Numbered from the stretch's first letter, positions 19,897 to 28,642 are shown. The stretch: DNA of 64,000 nucleotides from Bacillota bacterium (GCA_023428025.1 JAEYZN010000021.1:108085-172084), one strand, 5' to 3'. Notes: a model not told the origin generated them from the letters alone. Made by a program: numbers and translations.

Positions 19897-21336
19897 CTAT
19901 TTGTCCCCGGCCAGCAGCTCCGCAACAACGATCTTCTCGTCGAAAGGATATTTGACGCCGTGAATCTCCTGATATGTTTCATGGCCTTTGCCCGCCAGCA
20001 CGATGATGTCCTGCGGCTGGGCGCTGTGTATGGCGTAACGGATGGCTTCCCGGCGATTTTCAATGCACCGGTACACGCAGTCCGTCTTTTGTATGCCCCT
20101 CTCTATTTCGCTGATGATCGTCAGGGGCTCTTCCGTCCGTGGATTGTCCGACGTGATCACCACATACGTGGAGAGGCGGCCGGCGATTTCACCCATAATA
20201 GGGCGCTTGCCCTTGTCCCGGTCTCCGCCGCAGCCGAACACCGTGATGATGCGGCCGCGCGCAAATTCTCTAACTGTGAGCAGTGTATTCTTCAGGCTGT
20301 CCGGTGTGTGCGCATAATCGAGTATCATTGTAAACGGGCGGTCTCCCGTGTCCAGCACCTCGAAACGGCCCGCCACGCTTGGCATCGCCTCCAAGCCTGT
20401 CTTGATGGTCTCCAGACCGACTCCCAGCAACAGGCAGGCTGTGGCGGCGGACAGCGAATTGTATACGCTGAATATGCCGGGTATCTTCAGGCTGAGCGGC
20501 AGCATGCCCTGACGCGAGCAAAGATCGTAGGTCACACCGCGCGGGGTGATCTCGATGTTGCGGGCGTAGATGTCAGCCTGTTCCTTTATACCATATGTGC
20601 GCCAATCGGTATCGATGCCTTCCATAATGCGCCGCGCCGATGGGTCGTCCAGATTCACCGCGGCGCTCCTGGCCGACAGGAAAAGCTTCTTCTTCGCAGC
20701 CAAATAGTTGTCGAACGTCAGGTGGAAATCCAGATGATCCTGTGTCAGGTTGGTGAACACCGCCACATCGAACAGGATGCCGGTGACGCGCCCCAGTTCC
20801 AGCGAATGGGACGACACTTCCATGACGACGCTGTCGCAGCCTTCGTCCGCCATCTGTTTAAGCAACGCGAACAGATCCGGCGACTCCGGCGTTGTCCGCT
20901 CCGTGTCCAGTGTCGTGGAGCCGATCATGTTGACGATCGTTCCAATGAGCCCGGTTTTGCGGCCTGCGCATTCGAGCACCGACTTGATCATATAGGTTGT
21001 TGTGGTCTTTCCATTGGTGCCCGTGATGCCGATCATATGAAGCGCTTTATCGGGCTTTCCGTAGAATGCCCGGGAAATGAGCGCCATCGCCCGCCGGCCA
21101 TCGTCCACCAGTATCTGGGTCACGGCGATTTCCAGCCGCCGTGTCACCACCAGCGCCACCGCGCCGTTATCCACGGCGCTTTGGGCGTATTTATGTCCGT
21201 CTGTCTTAAAGCCGCTGATGCAGAAAAAGAGCGCGCCTTGGCACACCTGTCTTGAATCGTATGTCACGCTCGAAATTTCTATCTGATCATCGCCAAAGAC
21301 TTGCATATCTTCGCTGCACAAGTCCGCTATTTTCAA
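19897..21336 (-). CDS. murE: UDP-N-acetylmuramoyl-L-alanyl-D-glutamate--2,6-diaminopimelate ligase
   Basis: 479 aa with P-loop GITGTNGKTTTT and the DNPR motif (TSDNPRTE) associated with meso-DAP-adding MurE. Confidence 0.9.
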   Translation of the reverse strand: MKIADLCSEDMQVFGDDQIEISSVTYDSRQVCQGALFFCISGFKTDGHKYAQSAVDNGAVALVVTRRLEIAVTQILVDDGRRAMALISRAFYGKPDKALHMIGITGTNGKTTTTYMIKSVLECAGRKTGLIGTIVNMIGSTTLDTERTTPESPDLFALLKQMADEGCDSVVMEVSSHSLELGRVTGILFDVAVFTNLTQDHLDFHLTFDNYLAAKKKLFLSARSAAVNLDDPSARRIMEGIDTDWRTYGIKEQADIYARNIEITPRGVTYDLCSRQGMLPLSLKIPGIFSVYNSLSAATACLLLGVGLETIKTGLEAMPSVAGRFEVLDTGDRPFTMILDYAHTPDSLKNTLLTVREFARGRIITVFGCGGDRDKGKRPIMGEIAGRLSTYVVITSDNPRTEEPLTIISEIERGIQKTDCVYRCIENRREAIRYAIHSAQPQDIIVLAGKGHETYQEIHGVKYPFDEKIVVAELLAGDK

Positions 21337-21418
21337 TCGACTACCTCCAGAGCAAGCAATTCTTCGTGGATTATATCACAAAGCGAAAAGAAAGTAACGC
21401 GGAAAATTCCGGCCTGTA

Positions 21419-23584
21419 CTAGCCACCCGCGTTGGTAAACTCCACCATCACCGTACTGCCCTCGCTCACCGACGTCCCCGCAGCCGGGCTCTGGAAGGAC
21501 GCTTTGCCCTCACCCTGTATATTCAGTATCAGACGCAGCGGTTCCAGCGCCTGCGCCGCTTCCTCGGGCGTCATGCCGGACAGATCCGGCACGATGACCG
21601 TGCCCACAATATCGCCAGGGCTGCTCTTCGTCGTTGTATACAACAGCACTGCCGTGCCTTTATCCACCTCGACGCCGGGTGCGGGCAGCTGCTCCGTCAC
21701 GGTTCCCGTGCCGTCGGACAGATAATCAAGCCCCAGCGTGTTCAGCGTGGCGATGGCGTCAGTGTCCGTCATGTTGGACACATCCGGCACCTGCACCTTC
21801 TCAGACGCCTGTGCTTCTTCGGAGTTAGGCGTTATGCCCATATACTGCAGCGATTCCAGGATGACGTTTCTCACATACGGCGCCGCCACCACGCTGCCAA
21901 AGTCCACCGCGACGTTGGGCTCGTCGACGATCAGCAGTATCGCCAGCTTCGGGTCGTCTGCAGGCGCGAACGCGATGAACGACGCGATATGCTTGCCCGT
22001 CATCACCTGGCCGTTCTCGTCGTATTTCTGCGCGGTGCCCGTTTTGCCGCCAATGCGGTAGCCCGGAATGTAGCAGTTCTTGCCGCTGCCTTCCGCCACC
22101 ACGCTTTCGAGGATGCTGCGCATCGTTGCGGATGTTTCAGCGGTGATGGGCTGAGACACCACCTTGGGCTCAAACTTTTCTATATAGTTGCCGTCGCTGT
22201 CCATCAGCCCCTTGACAAGCGTCGGTTGATATAAAAAACCGCCGTTCACCACTGCGCTGAATGAGGAGATCAGCTGCAGCGGTGTTACGGCTATAGATTG
22301 CCCGAACGCAATGCGGGCGAGGTCACTGTTTTTTACGTACTTCTCTCCCATGATGATGCCGCCCTGGTCGGAAGGGAAGTCGATCCCTGTTTGCTGGCCG
22401 AAGCCAAATTTATGGATATAGTCGTAGAACGACTGTGTCTGCATCATAAGGCCCATCTGCATGAACGCCGAGTTGCACGAATTCTGCACGGCCTGGTACA
22501 GCGTCTGGTGCCCGTGCGAGCGCGGATAGCGCCAGCATTTGATCTGCTGGCCGTCCACGGTATACGTGCCCGCGCAGTCGAACGTCGTGTCCACCGTGAT
22601 CGCGCCGCTGTCCAGCGCAGCTGCGCACGTCACCGCTTTGAAGGTGGAGCCCGGCTCGTAGACGTCGGTGATCACCTTGTTGCGCGTTAGCTCGGTCAGC
22701 AGCGGGATGTTGTCCCGCGGCGGCTTGTTCAGATCATAATCCGGGTAGCTCGCCAGTCCCAGTATGTCTCCGCTATTGGGGTCCATGACGATGCCCCAGA
22801 CGCCGATGGCGTTCTGCTGTACGTAGGCTTCCTCCAGCGCCTTTTCCAAAAAGCTCTGGATGACTTCGTCCACCGTCAGCACGAGGTTATAGCCGTCCAC
22901 CGGCGGGATGTATTCCTTTTCTCCCAGCGGTATCTCACGGCCCACATTGTCCGCTTCAGAAACGATCTTGCCGTCCTGACCGGACAGATATTTGTCGTAA
23001 TAAGCTTCCAGCCCTTCCTGGCCTGCCCCGTCCACCGATGTAAACCCCAGGGTCTGTGTCAGAAAAGCGCCGTTCGGATAATAGCGTTTGACGTCTATGG
23101 TGAAGTAAACGCCCGGCAGGTTCAGTTCACGCAGCTGATCGGCCACATCCTTGTCGATCTGGCGGGCCAGCCACACCTCTGACTTTTTGGTATCCGTGGC
23201 CTTTGCCCGGACTGTCTCCGCATCGATGCCCAGCATTTCGGAGAGCACGCTGACGATCGCATCCACGTTGCCCTTTTTGACTTCGGCCGGACGCAGCACC
23301 ACCGTGTCCGCGTTGGCGCTCTGAGCCAGCACATTGCCGTTTCTGTCCAGTATATCGCCGCGCTTCGCGGAGACCACCAAGTCTCGCGTCTGCTGGATCA
23401 GCGCCTTTTCCTGCAGCATATCTCCCTGCGCGAAGACGATAACCGCCATCTTTACGGCGATGCCCAGAAAAAGCACAATAACTGCCGTCATCAGAACCAG
23501 CAGTCTTTTCTTGGATTTGAGGGTAGGCAATGGCACAACGCCACGCTCCTTCCGCCCCCCACGATTCGGTTGCTTATTGGCCAT
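21419..23584 (-). CDS. class B penicillin-binding protein (FtsI/PBP2B/SpoVD family) with two PASTA repeats
   Basis: 721 aa with an N-terminal TM and transpeptidase motifs STFK, SCN and KTGT. The C-terminal ~130 aa form two PASTA-like repeats (VPDVSNMT..., VPDLSGMT...). Confidence 0.9.
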   Translation of the reverse strand: MANKQPNRGGRKERGVVPLPTLKSKKRLLVLMTAVIVLFLGIAVKMAVIVFAQGDMLQEKALIQQTRDLVVSAKRGDILDRNGNVLAQSANADTVVLRPAEVKKGNVDAIVSVLSEMLGIDAETVRAKATDTKKSEVWLARQIDKDVADQLRELNLPGVYFTIDVKRYYPNGAFLTQTLGFTSVDGAGQEGLEAYYDKYLSGQDGKIVSEADNVGREIPLGEKEYIPPVDGYNLVLTVDEVIQSFLEKALEEAYVQQNAIGVWGIVMDPNSGDILGLASYPDYDLNKPPRDNIPLLTELTRNKVITDVYEPGSTFKAVTCAAALDSGAITVDTTFDCAGTYTVDGQQIKCWRYPRSHGHQTLYQAVQNSCNSAFMQMGLMMQTQSFYDYIHKFGFGQQTGIDFPSDQGGIIMGEKYVKNSDLARIAFGQSIAVTPLQLISSFSAVVNGGFLYQPTLVKGLMDSDGNYIEKFEPKVVSQPITAETSATMRSILESVVAEGSGKNCYIPGYRIGGKTGTAQKYDENGQVMTGKHIASFIAFAPADDPKLAILLIVDEPNVAVDFGSVVAAPYVRNVILESLQYMGITPNSEEAQASEKVQVPDVSNMTDTDAIATLNTLGLDYLSDGTGTVTEQLPAPGVEVDKGTAVLLYTTTKSSPGDIVGTVIVPDLSGMTPEEAAQALEPLRLILNIQGEGKASFQSPAAGTSVSEGSTVMVEFTNAGG

Positions 23585-24072
23585 CAGCTACTCGTATCAA
23601 CATGAAATTTCTGATCCGGAGTCGGGTATGTCATGCCCAGTTCGTTCTGCGCCGTGTCCTGCACATACTGCAGATCGTCCCGCAGCTCCATATCCAGCTT
23701 CAGTTCCTCCATCTTGGCCTCAACCTGCTTGATATTGTTCTTCAACGAGTTATTCTGGGCGCCGATGGAACACGCCATGGCATACCGCGAAACCAGGACT
23801 GCCAACGCACCGAAAGCGATGAACAGCACGAAAAGCGTGGAAACAACTCCTGCACGCGGCTTGGCGGCTGTTTTTGCCGTTGTCCTGACAGCCTTTTTAG
23901 CAACCGTTTTCGCCGCCGTCTTGGGCTCTGCCTTGACGACTGGCTTATTCTGCCTCACATGATTGCTACTAATATATGCGACATTGCCTTCCATCTTGAC
24001 TGTTCGTTTATCAGATGGTCTGGAGACGATCTCTTCACTTTGTCTTTTTAAGGCTGTCTGCATCAAACCCAC
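23584..24072 (-). CDS. ftsL: FtsL/DivIC-like septation protein
   Basis: 162 aa with a basic N-terminal tail carrying AKT(A/V)AK repeats, a single TM and a coiled-coil-like segment. It sits in the canonical slot between rsmH and the PBP gene, and its stop overlaps the PBP start. The start codon is uncertain. Confidence 0.6.
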   Translation of the reverse strand: MGLMQTALKRQSEEIVSRPSDKRTVKMEGNVAYISSNHVRQNKPVVKAEPKTAAKTVAKKAVRTTAKTAAKPRAGVVSTLFVLFIAFGALAVLVSRYAMACSIGAQNNSLKNNIKQVEAKMEELKLDMELRDDLQYVQDTAQNELGMTYPTPDQKFHVDTSS

Positions 24073-24078
24073 CCCTGC

Positions 24079-25008
24079 TTATCTCGCTTCAAACACACGA
24101 AGCTTCGCGCTTCTCGACCGGCTGTTCTCTGATACCTCTTCTTCTGACGGCAATACCGGCTTTCTCGTGACGACCTTTCCCTGGGACACCTTGCCGCATA
24201 CACATACCGGAAACGACGGCGGACATTCGCAAGGGTCCGCGAGACGCTTGAATTCCTGCTTGACGATACGGTCTTCCAGCGAATGAAATGTAATCACGGC
24301 AAGCCTCGCGCCCTTGTTCAGTGCGGATACAAAATCCGCAACCGCTGTCTTTATTGCGTCCAGTTCGCCGTTGACTTCGATGCGAAGCGCCTGAAAGGTT
24401 CGCCTCGCGGGATGCGGTCCGTCCTGGCGCGCGCCGCGCGGAACCGCTTTCTTGATAACCTCCACGAGCTGTCCGGTGGTTTCAATGGGCCGCTCGCTTC
24501 GTTCCCTCACAATGAACTCAGCGATCCGTGCGGCCCATCTTTCCTCACCGTAATCCCGTAGTATCCGTTCAAGGTCCTGCTGCGGATATTTGTTGACCAC
24601 ATCCGCGGCGCATGTTTTATCTTTTATGTTCATGCGCATGTCAAGCCTTGAATCCAGGTTATATGAAAACCCCCTGTCACATTGGTCCAGCTGGAACGAT
24701 GAAACCCCCAGATCGAGCACCGCTCCGTCTATTCCATCTATGTCAAGCCCATCCAATATGGACTTGATGTGCCTGAAGTCATCGTGGACAAAGATTGCCT
24801 GTTCGCCGTACTGTCTCAGCCTCTCTCGCGTCCGTTCCAGCGCGTACGCATCCTTGTCAACGCCGATCAGCCGCCCGCCCGGCGATACCTGCTGAAGAAT
24901 CAGCTCGGCATGTCCGCCGCCGCCCAGCGTGCCGTCCACAACCGTCATGCCAGCCTTAAGGCCCAGCGCACCCACCGTCTCACGAAGCAGTACCGTCGTA
25001 TGCACCAT
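24079..25008 (-). CDS. rsmH: 16S rRNA (cytosine1402-N4)-methyltransferase
   Basis: 309 aa with motifs DGTLGGGGHAE and LDLGVSSFQLD. Confidence 0.93.
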   Translation of the reverse strand: MVHTTVLLRETVGALGLKAGMTVVDGTLGGGGHAELILQQVSPGGRLIGVDKDAYALERTRERLRQYGEQAIFVHDDFRHIKSILDGLDIDGIDGAVLDLGVSSFQLDQCDRGFSYNLDSRLDMRMNIKDKTCAADVVNKYPQQDLERILRDYGEERWAARIAEFIVRERSERPIETTGQLVEVIKKAVPRGARQDGPHPARRTFQALRIEVNGELDAIKTAVADFVSALNKGARLAVITFHSLEDRIVKQEFKRLADPCECPPSFPVCVCGKVSQGKVVTRKPVLPSEEEVSENSRSRSAKLRVFEAR

Positions 25009-25011
25009 CGT

Positions 25012-25449
25012 TTATACACCGTAAGCCGAAAGGCTTGCCATCGTATCTTCGTCGTCCGGCTCGGCCGCCATAAACGCATCCCACTTCTCTTTCGCCCATA
25101 TCTCGGCCCGGTACGATGCGCCGATCATCACAGCTTCCTTGTCTATGCCCACCTTGTCGCGCAGATGCTGCGGCAGCAGCACGCGTCCCTGTTTGTCCGG
25201 TTCGCACTTGCATGCGCTGGAGAAAATCATGCGCACATAGCGCTGGGCTTTTGCATCCGTTTGCGGGATAGCATTGAGCTTATCTGCGAACTTCTGCCAC
25301 TCTTCTTCAGAGTATGCACACAGGCAGTCTCCGCTCAGATACGTGATATAGAAAGGATCACCAAGCTCCACCCTCAGTTTGGAGGGTACCGCCAACCTTC
25401 CTTTCTCGTCCACGCTATGAACGTATGTCCCGATTAAAGACCCTTTCAC
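25012..25449 (-). CDS. mraZ: division/cell wall cluster transcriptional regulator MraZ
   Basis: 145 aa with two SpoVT/AbrB-like MraZ repeats (DEKGRLAVP, DKQGRVLLP). It is the first gene of the dcw cluster. Confidence 0.92.
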   Translation of the reverse strand: MKGSLIGTYVHSVDEKGRLAVPSKLRVELGDPFYITYLSGDCLCAYSEEEWQKFADKLNAIPQTDAKAQRYVRMIFSSACKCEPDKQGRVLLPQHLRDKVGIDKEAVMIGASYRAEIWAKEKWDAFMAAEPDDEDTMASLSAYGV

Positions 25450-25514
25450 TGCCTGCTCCTGTCAGTTATAGAAAACCATCCATCTGCTTTTTTGGCTCAT
25501 TTGATATATATATA

Positions 25515-25577
25515 CCCACTAGTTCACCACTTGAAACCGTACGTCACCATTGTTACCCATTTTTCCCCACATGTCAA
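25515..25577 (-). promoter_or_regulatory. putative dcw (Pmra) promoter overlapped by phased GTGG(G/T) MraZ-box-like repeats
   Basis: Minus strand: TTGACA (25572-25577), a 17-nt spacer, then AACAAT (25549-25554). GTGGGG, TGGGT, TGGTG, GTGGTG and GTGGG occur at 25565-70, 25555-59, 25545-49, 25525-30 and 25515-19, which is a 10-bp register. Confidence 0.5.
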
Positions 25578-25824
25578 CTTATATTCGTTGTTAAAATGCG
25601 AATTCCTTCTCAAAAAACAAAGTCAAAAGAACAAAAAAAACAAAATTGGGGAGCAGAAAAATCCCAGCACAACATATGGTAGAGAATGTATATTTGCACG
25701 AAAATATGTTTGTACTCTTTGGAAAAATTGCGTAGTATTCCGTACATCATTTGTGATATAAAATATAGGAAGGATTAAAAGGTCAGCGGCTGATTCCGGC
25801 AACTGACCGGAAGGAGACCATTCT

Positions 25825-26403
25825 ATGAGCGAGCCAACAGATTATATCAACGAACCCGACACAAACGGCCAGACCAGCGAAAACGAAAAACAGCCTTTGA
25901 GCCGAAAAGCCAAGTTGATCATCGGGATCGGTGCGGCTGTGGTGATTGTGGCTTTGGGCCTGGCGCTGCCGTTCCTGCTGCAAAGGAGTGAACCCTCCGT
26001 CCTGACGGTGACGGTATTCTCCAACGACTGGTCCGAGGTGACGCTGAAGCCGGGCGTCGAAACGGCTCTCAATGAATTTCTGGCGTCGGACAGCAGCGTC
26101 CCCGGTTTTCCCCTGCGCGTCAGCGACACAGACGCGGATGATATTTTGCTGTCTGTGGACGCCGGGACGCTACTGACATGGGGCAAGCCGGATTATGTGG
26201 CGAGCGACAAAGGCAATGAGTATGCGGTCTCCACGGGAAGCACTGTATACTGGTCTCCCGTCGGCGCCGACGACTCCCTCGTTCCCCAGTGCACATTGAC
26301 AGTCACTGCCCGCAAGGGCGGCACTGAGGCCGGGCAAGCCCGCCTGATCATTCGTCAGACAAGCGAAACAGGCTACAGTATTACGCTGCTGGCCAGCGAA
26401 TAA
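25825..26403 (+). CDS. hypothetical single-pass membrane protein
   Basis: 192-aa ORF with a good SD (GGAAGGAGA, 7 nt before the ATG). Has an acidic N-terminus, one TM (LIIGIGAAVVIVALGLALPFLL) and an extracytoplasmic domain of about 140 aa. No family recognised. Confidence 0.5.
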   Translation: MSEPTDYINEPDTNGQTSENEKQPLSRKAKLIIGIGAAVVIVALGLALPFLLQRSEPSVLTVTVFSNDWSEVTLKPGVETALNEFLASDSSVPGFPLRVSDTDADDILLSVDAGTLLTWGKPDYVASDKGNEYAVSTGSTVYWSPVGADDSLVPQCTLTVTARKGGTEAGQARLIIRQTSETGYSITLLASE

Positions 26404-26520
26404 TCAAACGATCAGTAAAACAAAAAGGCGGCGCCGGGTCACGGCAAACCGTCTTTTTTATTGACTGAAGTGTATGTTCGTCGGCCCTTTTCCTTACAGC
26501 AGGCCGCTCAAAATACGGGA

Positions 26521-27198
26521 TTATGACACGACGTCGCCCTTGTAGCTGATCAGCGAAGCGTTAAGCACGCCTGGAATCGTCGAAAACGAATCGATCATAC
26601 CGGCCTCACTCTCACGAATGTTCATCTCGATCGTCAGCTCGATCATCCCTTCGGACACAATCTTGGATTTGAGCCGGCCGGGAGGCATTTTGCGGAGCAG
26701 CGCCTGCACGTCTTTCTTGCTGCTCTCTTCAAATCGCACGACGAGCATGAACGGAAAATTCTTCTTGGACTTGAACAGGTTCCAGATCAGCAGCACCACA
26801 CCGATGATGCCTGATGCCAGCAGCGCGACGGTAAACAGCCGGGCACCCAGCACAATACCGGATGCGATAGCCCAGAACATATAGATTGTATCGAGCGGGT
26901 CCTTCACAGCGGTCCTGAAACGGACGATGGACAGCGCGCCCACCATACCAAGTGCGAGGCCAAGATTAAGCGATATGGGCATGATAATCATCGCCGTCAC
27001 CATTGTCAGCATGACCAGCGCCGTGCCAAAGCTTTTGGCAAAGATAACGCCGCTGAACGTCAGCCTGTAGATCAAATAGATAAACAACCCCAAAACAAAT
27101 GCCAACCCCAGAGTGATCAGGACCGTAACCAGATCCAGCTCCGTTGGCATTGTAAAATCTTCTAAAACGCTCTTCTTGATAATGTCCGTGGCTCCCAT
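26521..27198 (-). CDS. DUF4956-family polytopic membrane protein
   Basis: 225 aa with about four TM helices, including the conserved-looking SIVRFRTAVKDP segment, followed by a soluble tail of about 90 aa. Starts 11 nt after the VTC gene. The family is recognised from memory. Confidence 0.7.
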   Translation of the reverse strand: MGATDIIKKSVLEDFTMPTELDLVTVLITLGLAFVLGLFIYLIYRLTFSGVIFAKSFGTALVMLTMVTAMIIMPISLNLGLALGMVGALSIVRFRTAVKDPLDTIYMFWAIASGIVLGARLFTVALLASGIIGVVLLIWNLFKSKKNFPFMLVVRFEESSKKDVQALLRKMPPGRLKSKIVSEGMIELTIEMNIRESEAGMIDSFSTIPGVLNASLISYKGDVVS

Positions 27199-27209
27199 AA
27201 TAATTCCTC

Positions 27210-28595
27210 CTATTCATACTTCCTGCATAGCACATATTTTGACACGGCACTCCTTTGCGCCGCGTTCACATTGTTCAGCACAGCCTTGATAAACACCGGC
27301 AGATACCGGTTAAACTTGACCTCCAGCACCATGGTGCCGGGTTCCAGCACCGGCATCGTGGGCGCGTTCGGGTTGAATATATCCGTCAGCCAAAGGCCTG
27401 CTTTCAAATCCTTGTCGAACGTGATCCGTACGTTCTCAAACGACGACACATAAGCCTCGCGCCGGTAATCCACAATCACGCGCGGCTTCAGCAGATCGTT
27501 CTTCATCTGCAGAAAGAGTTCGGCGGCCAGCGGCTCCGGACGGCCCTCCAGGCAGCTGCAGTCTCCCGCCATCAGCGCGTCGCACTCAGCCCGCGATATC
27601 AGCAGGCTTGTTTTGGCGATATACTGCCCCTTTTTCATCTTCTTTTCGAACTTGATCAGATTATCCGAAAAGTCGTAAATGCGTATCCTGTATTTGTGCC
27701 GGATATCGTAGCCCGCCATCTTTTCTGCCAATGCCGTCTCATACACATCGTCAAAATACAGGCTGCGGATATGATAGTCGCCATCCATCCCCGCGTTGCG
27801 ATCCAGCGAGAGCAACGGCTTCAGCGTGTTTTTGAGCAGCACATAGTCGTGATAGTTGATATAGTATTTGAGTTCGTGCCGGAACGACAGTCCTTTTTCA
27901 ACAGATGGGTCTAAGGAAAGCTCTGTCTCCTGATCCGCCGACATCTGTACCTGAACGCTCTGACCGTATGCCCGTTCACGCGACGCAGAACGGGTATTCT
28001 CCGAGAACACGTCCAAATTGCCGGCTTCACCCTGACCGCTTTTGATTCTGGCTCTTGTATATATCTCCTGTTCGGGCATCGCTTGCGCCCCTGCCGGAAT
28101 CTCCAGAGATTTTTCTTTTTCCGGCGCCTTTCGGCCGACACGCGAAGGAGCCTTTTCAGGTTCTCTTTTTTCTGACATCGCCGGGCGCTTTTGAGGTGCC
28201 GGTTCAGCGGGCTTGGCAGCGGTGCGCGGCGTGGCAGGCGTTGCAGTTTCAACCGTCTGTTTTTTCACCGGCCTTGCCGTCTCTTTTGTACTCTCTTCTT
28301 CACCGAAAAGCGTCAGCCCTTGACGGGGAGCGGCTGCGGTCCCTTGCCTCTGATTGTACCGGTTAGCCAGATCAGCGCCTCTCACTGCGGGACTTTTGAG
28401 CGCGGGCTTCTTTGGCGCTGCCGCAAAACGGGGCGGCTCAACACTCCGCGTGTTTTTTCTCGCGTCCGGCTTTGCGCTGCCAGCGCTCGTTCGGGGTGCA
28501 AAATCCCGCGACGAAAGCGGCTGCAGGTCGCTGCGCTTGACAAGCGGTTTTTGCTTACTCAGTTTTCTGAAAATATCGTCGTCTTTTCTTGCCAT
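27210..28595 (-). CDS. VTC-domain (polyphosphate-polymerase-like, triphosphate tunnel) protein with a long disordered N-terminus
   Basis: 461 aa. The C-terminal ~230 aa (FRHELKYYI...HIRSLYFD...HKYRIRIY...LEVKF) resemble the bacterial VTC / polyphosphate polymerase domain. The N-terminal ~230 aa are Ala/Pro/Lys/Arg/Glu-rich low complexity. SD TGAGGA lies before the ATG. Confidence 0.72.
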   Translation of the reverse strand: MARKDDDIFRKLSKQKPLVKRSDLQPLSSRDFAPRTSAGSAKPDARKNTRSVEPPRFAAAPKKPALKSPAVRGADLANRYNQRQGTAAAPRQGLTLFGEEESTKETARPVKKQTVETATPATPRTAAKPAEPAPQKRPAMSEKREPEKAPSRVGRKAPEKEKSLEIPAGAQAMPEQEIYTRARIKSGQGEAGNLDVFSENTRSASRERAYGQSVQVQMSADQETELSLDPSVEKGLSFRHELKYYINYHDYVLLKNTLKPLLSLDRNAGMDGDYHIRSLYFDDVYETALAEKMAGYDIRHKYRIRIYDFSDNLIKFEKKMKKGQYIAKTSLLISRAECDALMAGDCSCLEGRPEPLAAELFLQMKNDLLKPRVIVDYRREAYVSSFENVRITFDKDLKAGLWLTDIFNPNAPTMPVLEPGTMVLEVKFNRYLPVFIKAVLNNVNAAQRSAVSKYVLCRKYE

Positions 28596-28642
28596 CTTAT
28601 CCTCAGTTCACAGCGACAGCTTTTAAGCTGTTCGCTGAACTT

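Noticed and set aside
19726-21255. 509-aa plus-strand ORF opposite murE and mraY.
   Set aside because: It is antisense to genes with unmistakable Mur ligase and MraY motifs. It has no SD and a biased Arg/His/Ala composition, so it is an artefact of GC-rich antisense frames.
25425-25761. 85-aa and 89-aa plus-strand ORFs in the mraZ upstream spacer.
   Set aside because: The sequence is AT-rich and low-complexity, the ORFs have no SD, and they overlap the predicted dcw promoter/operator. This is more likely regulatory DNA.
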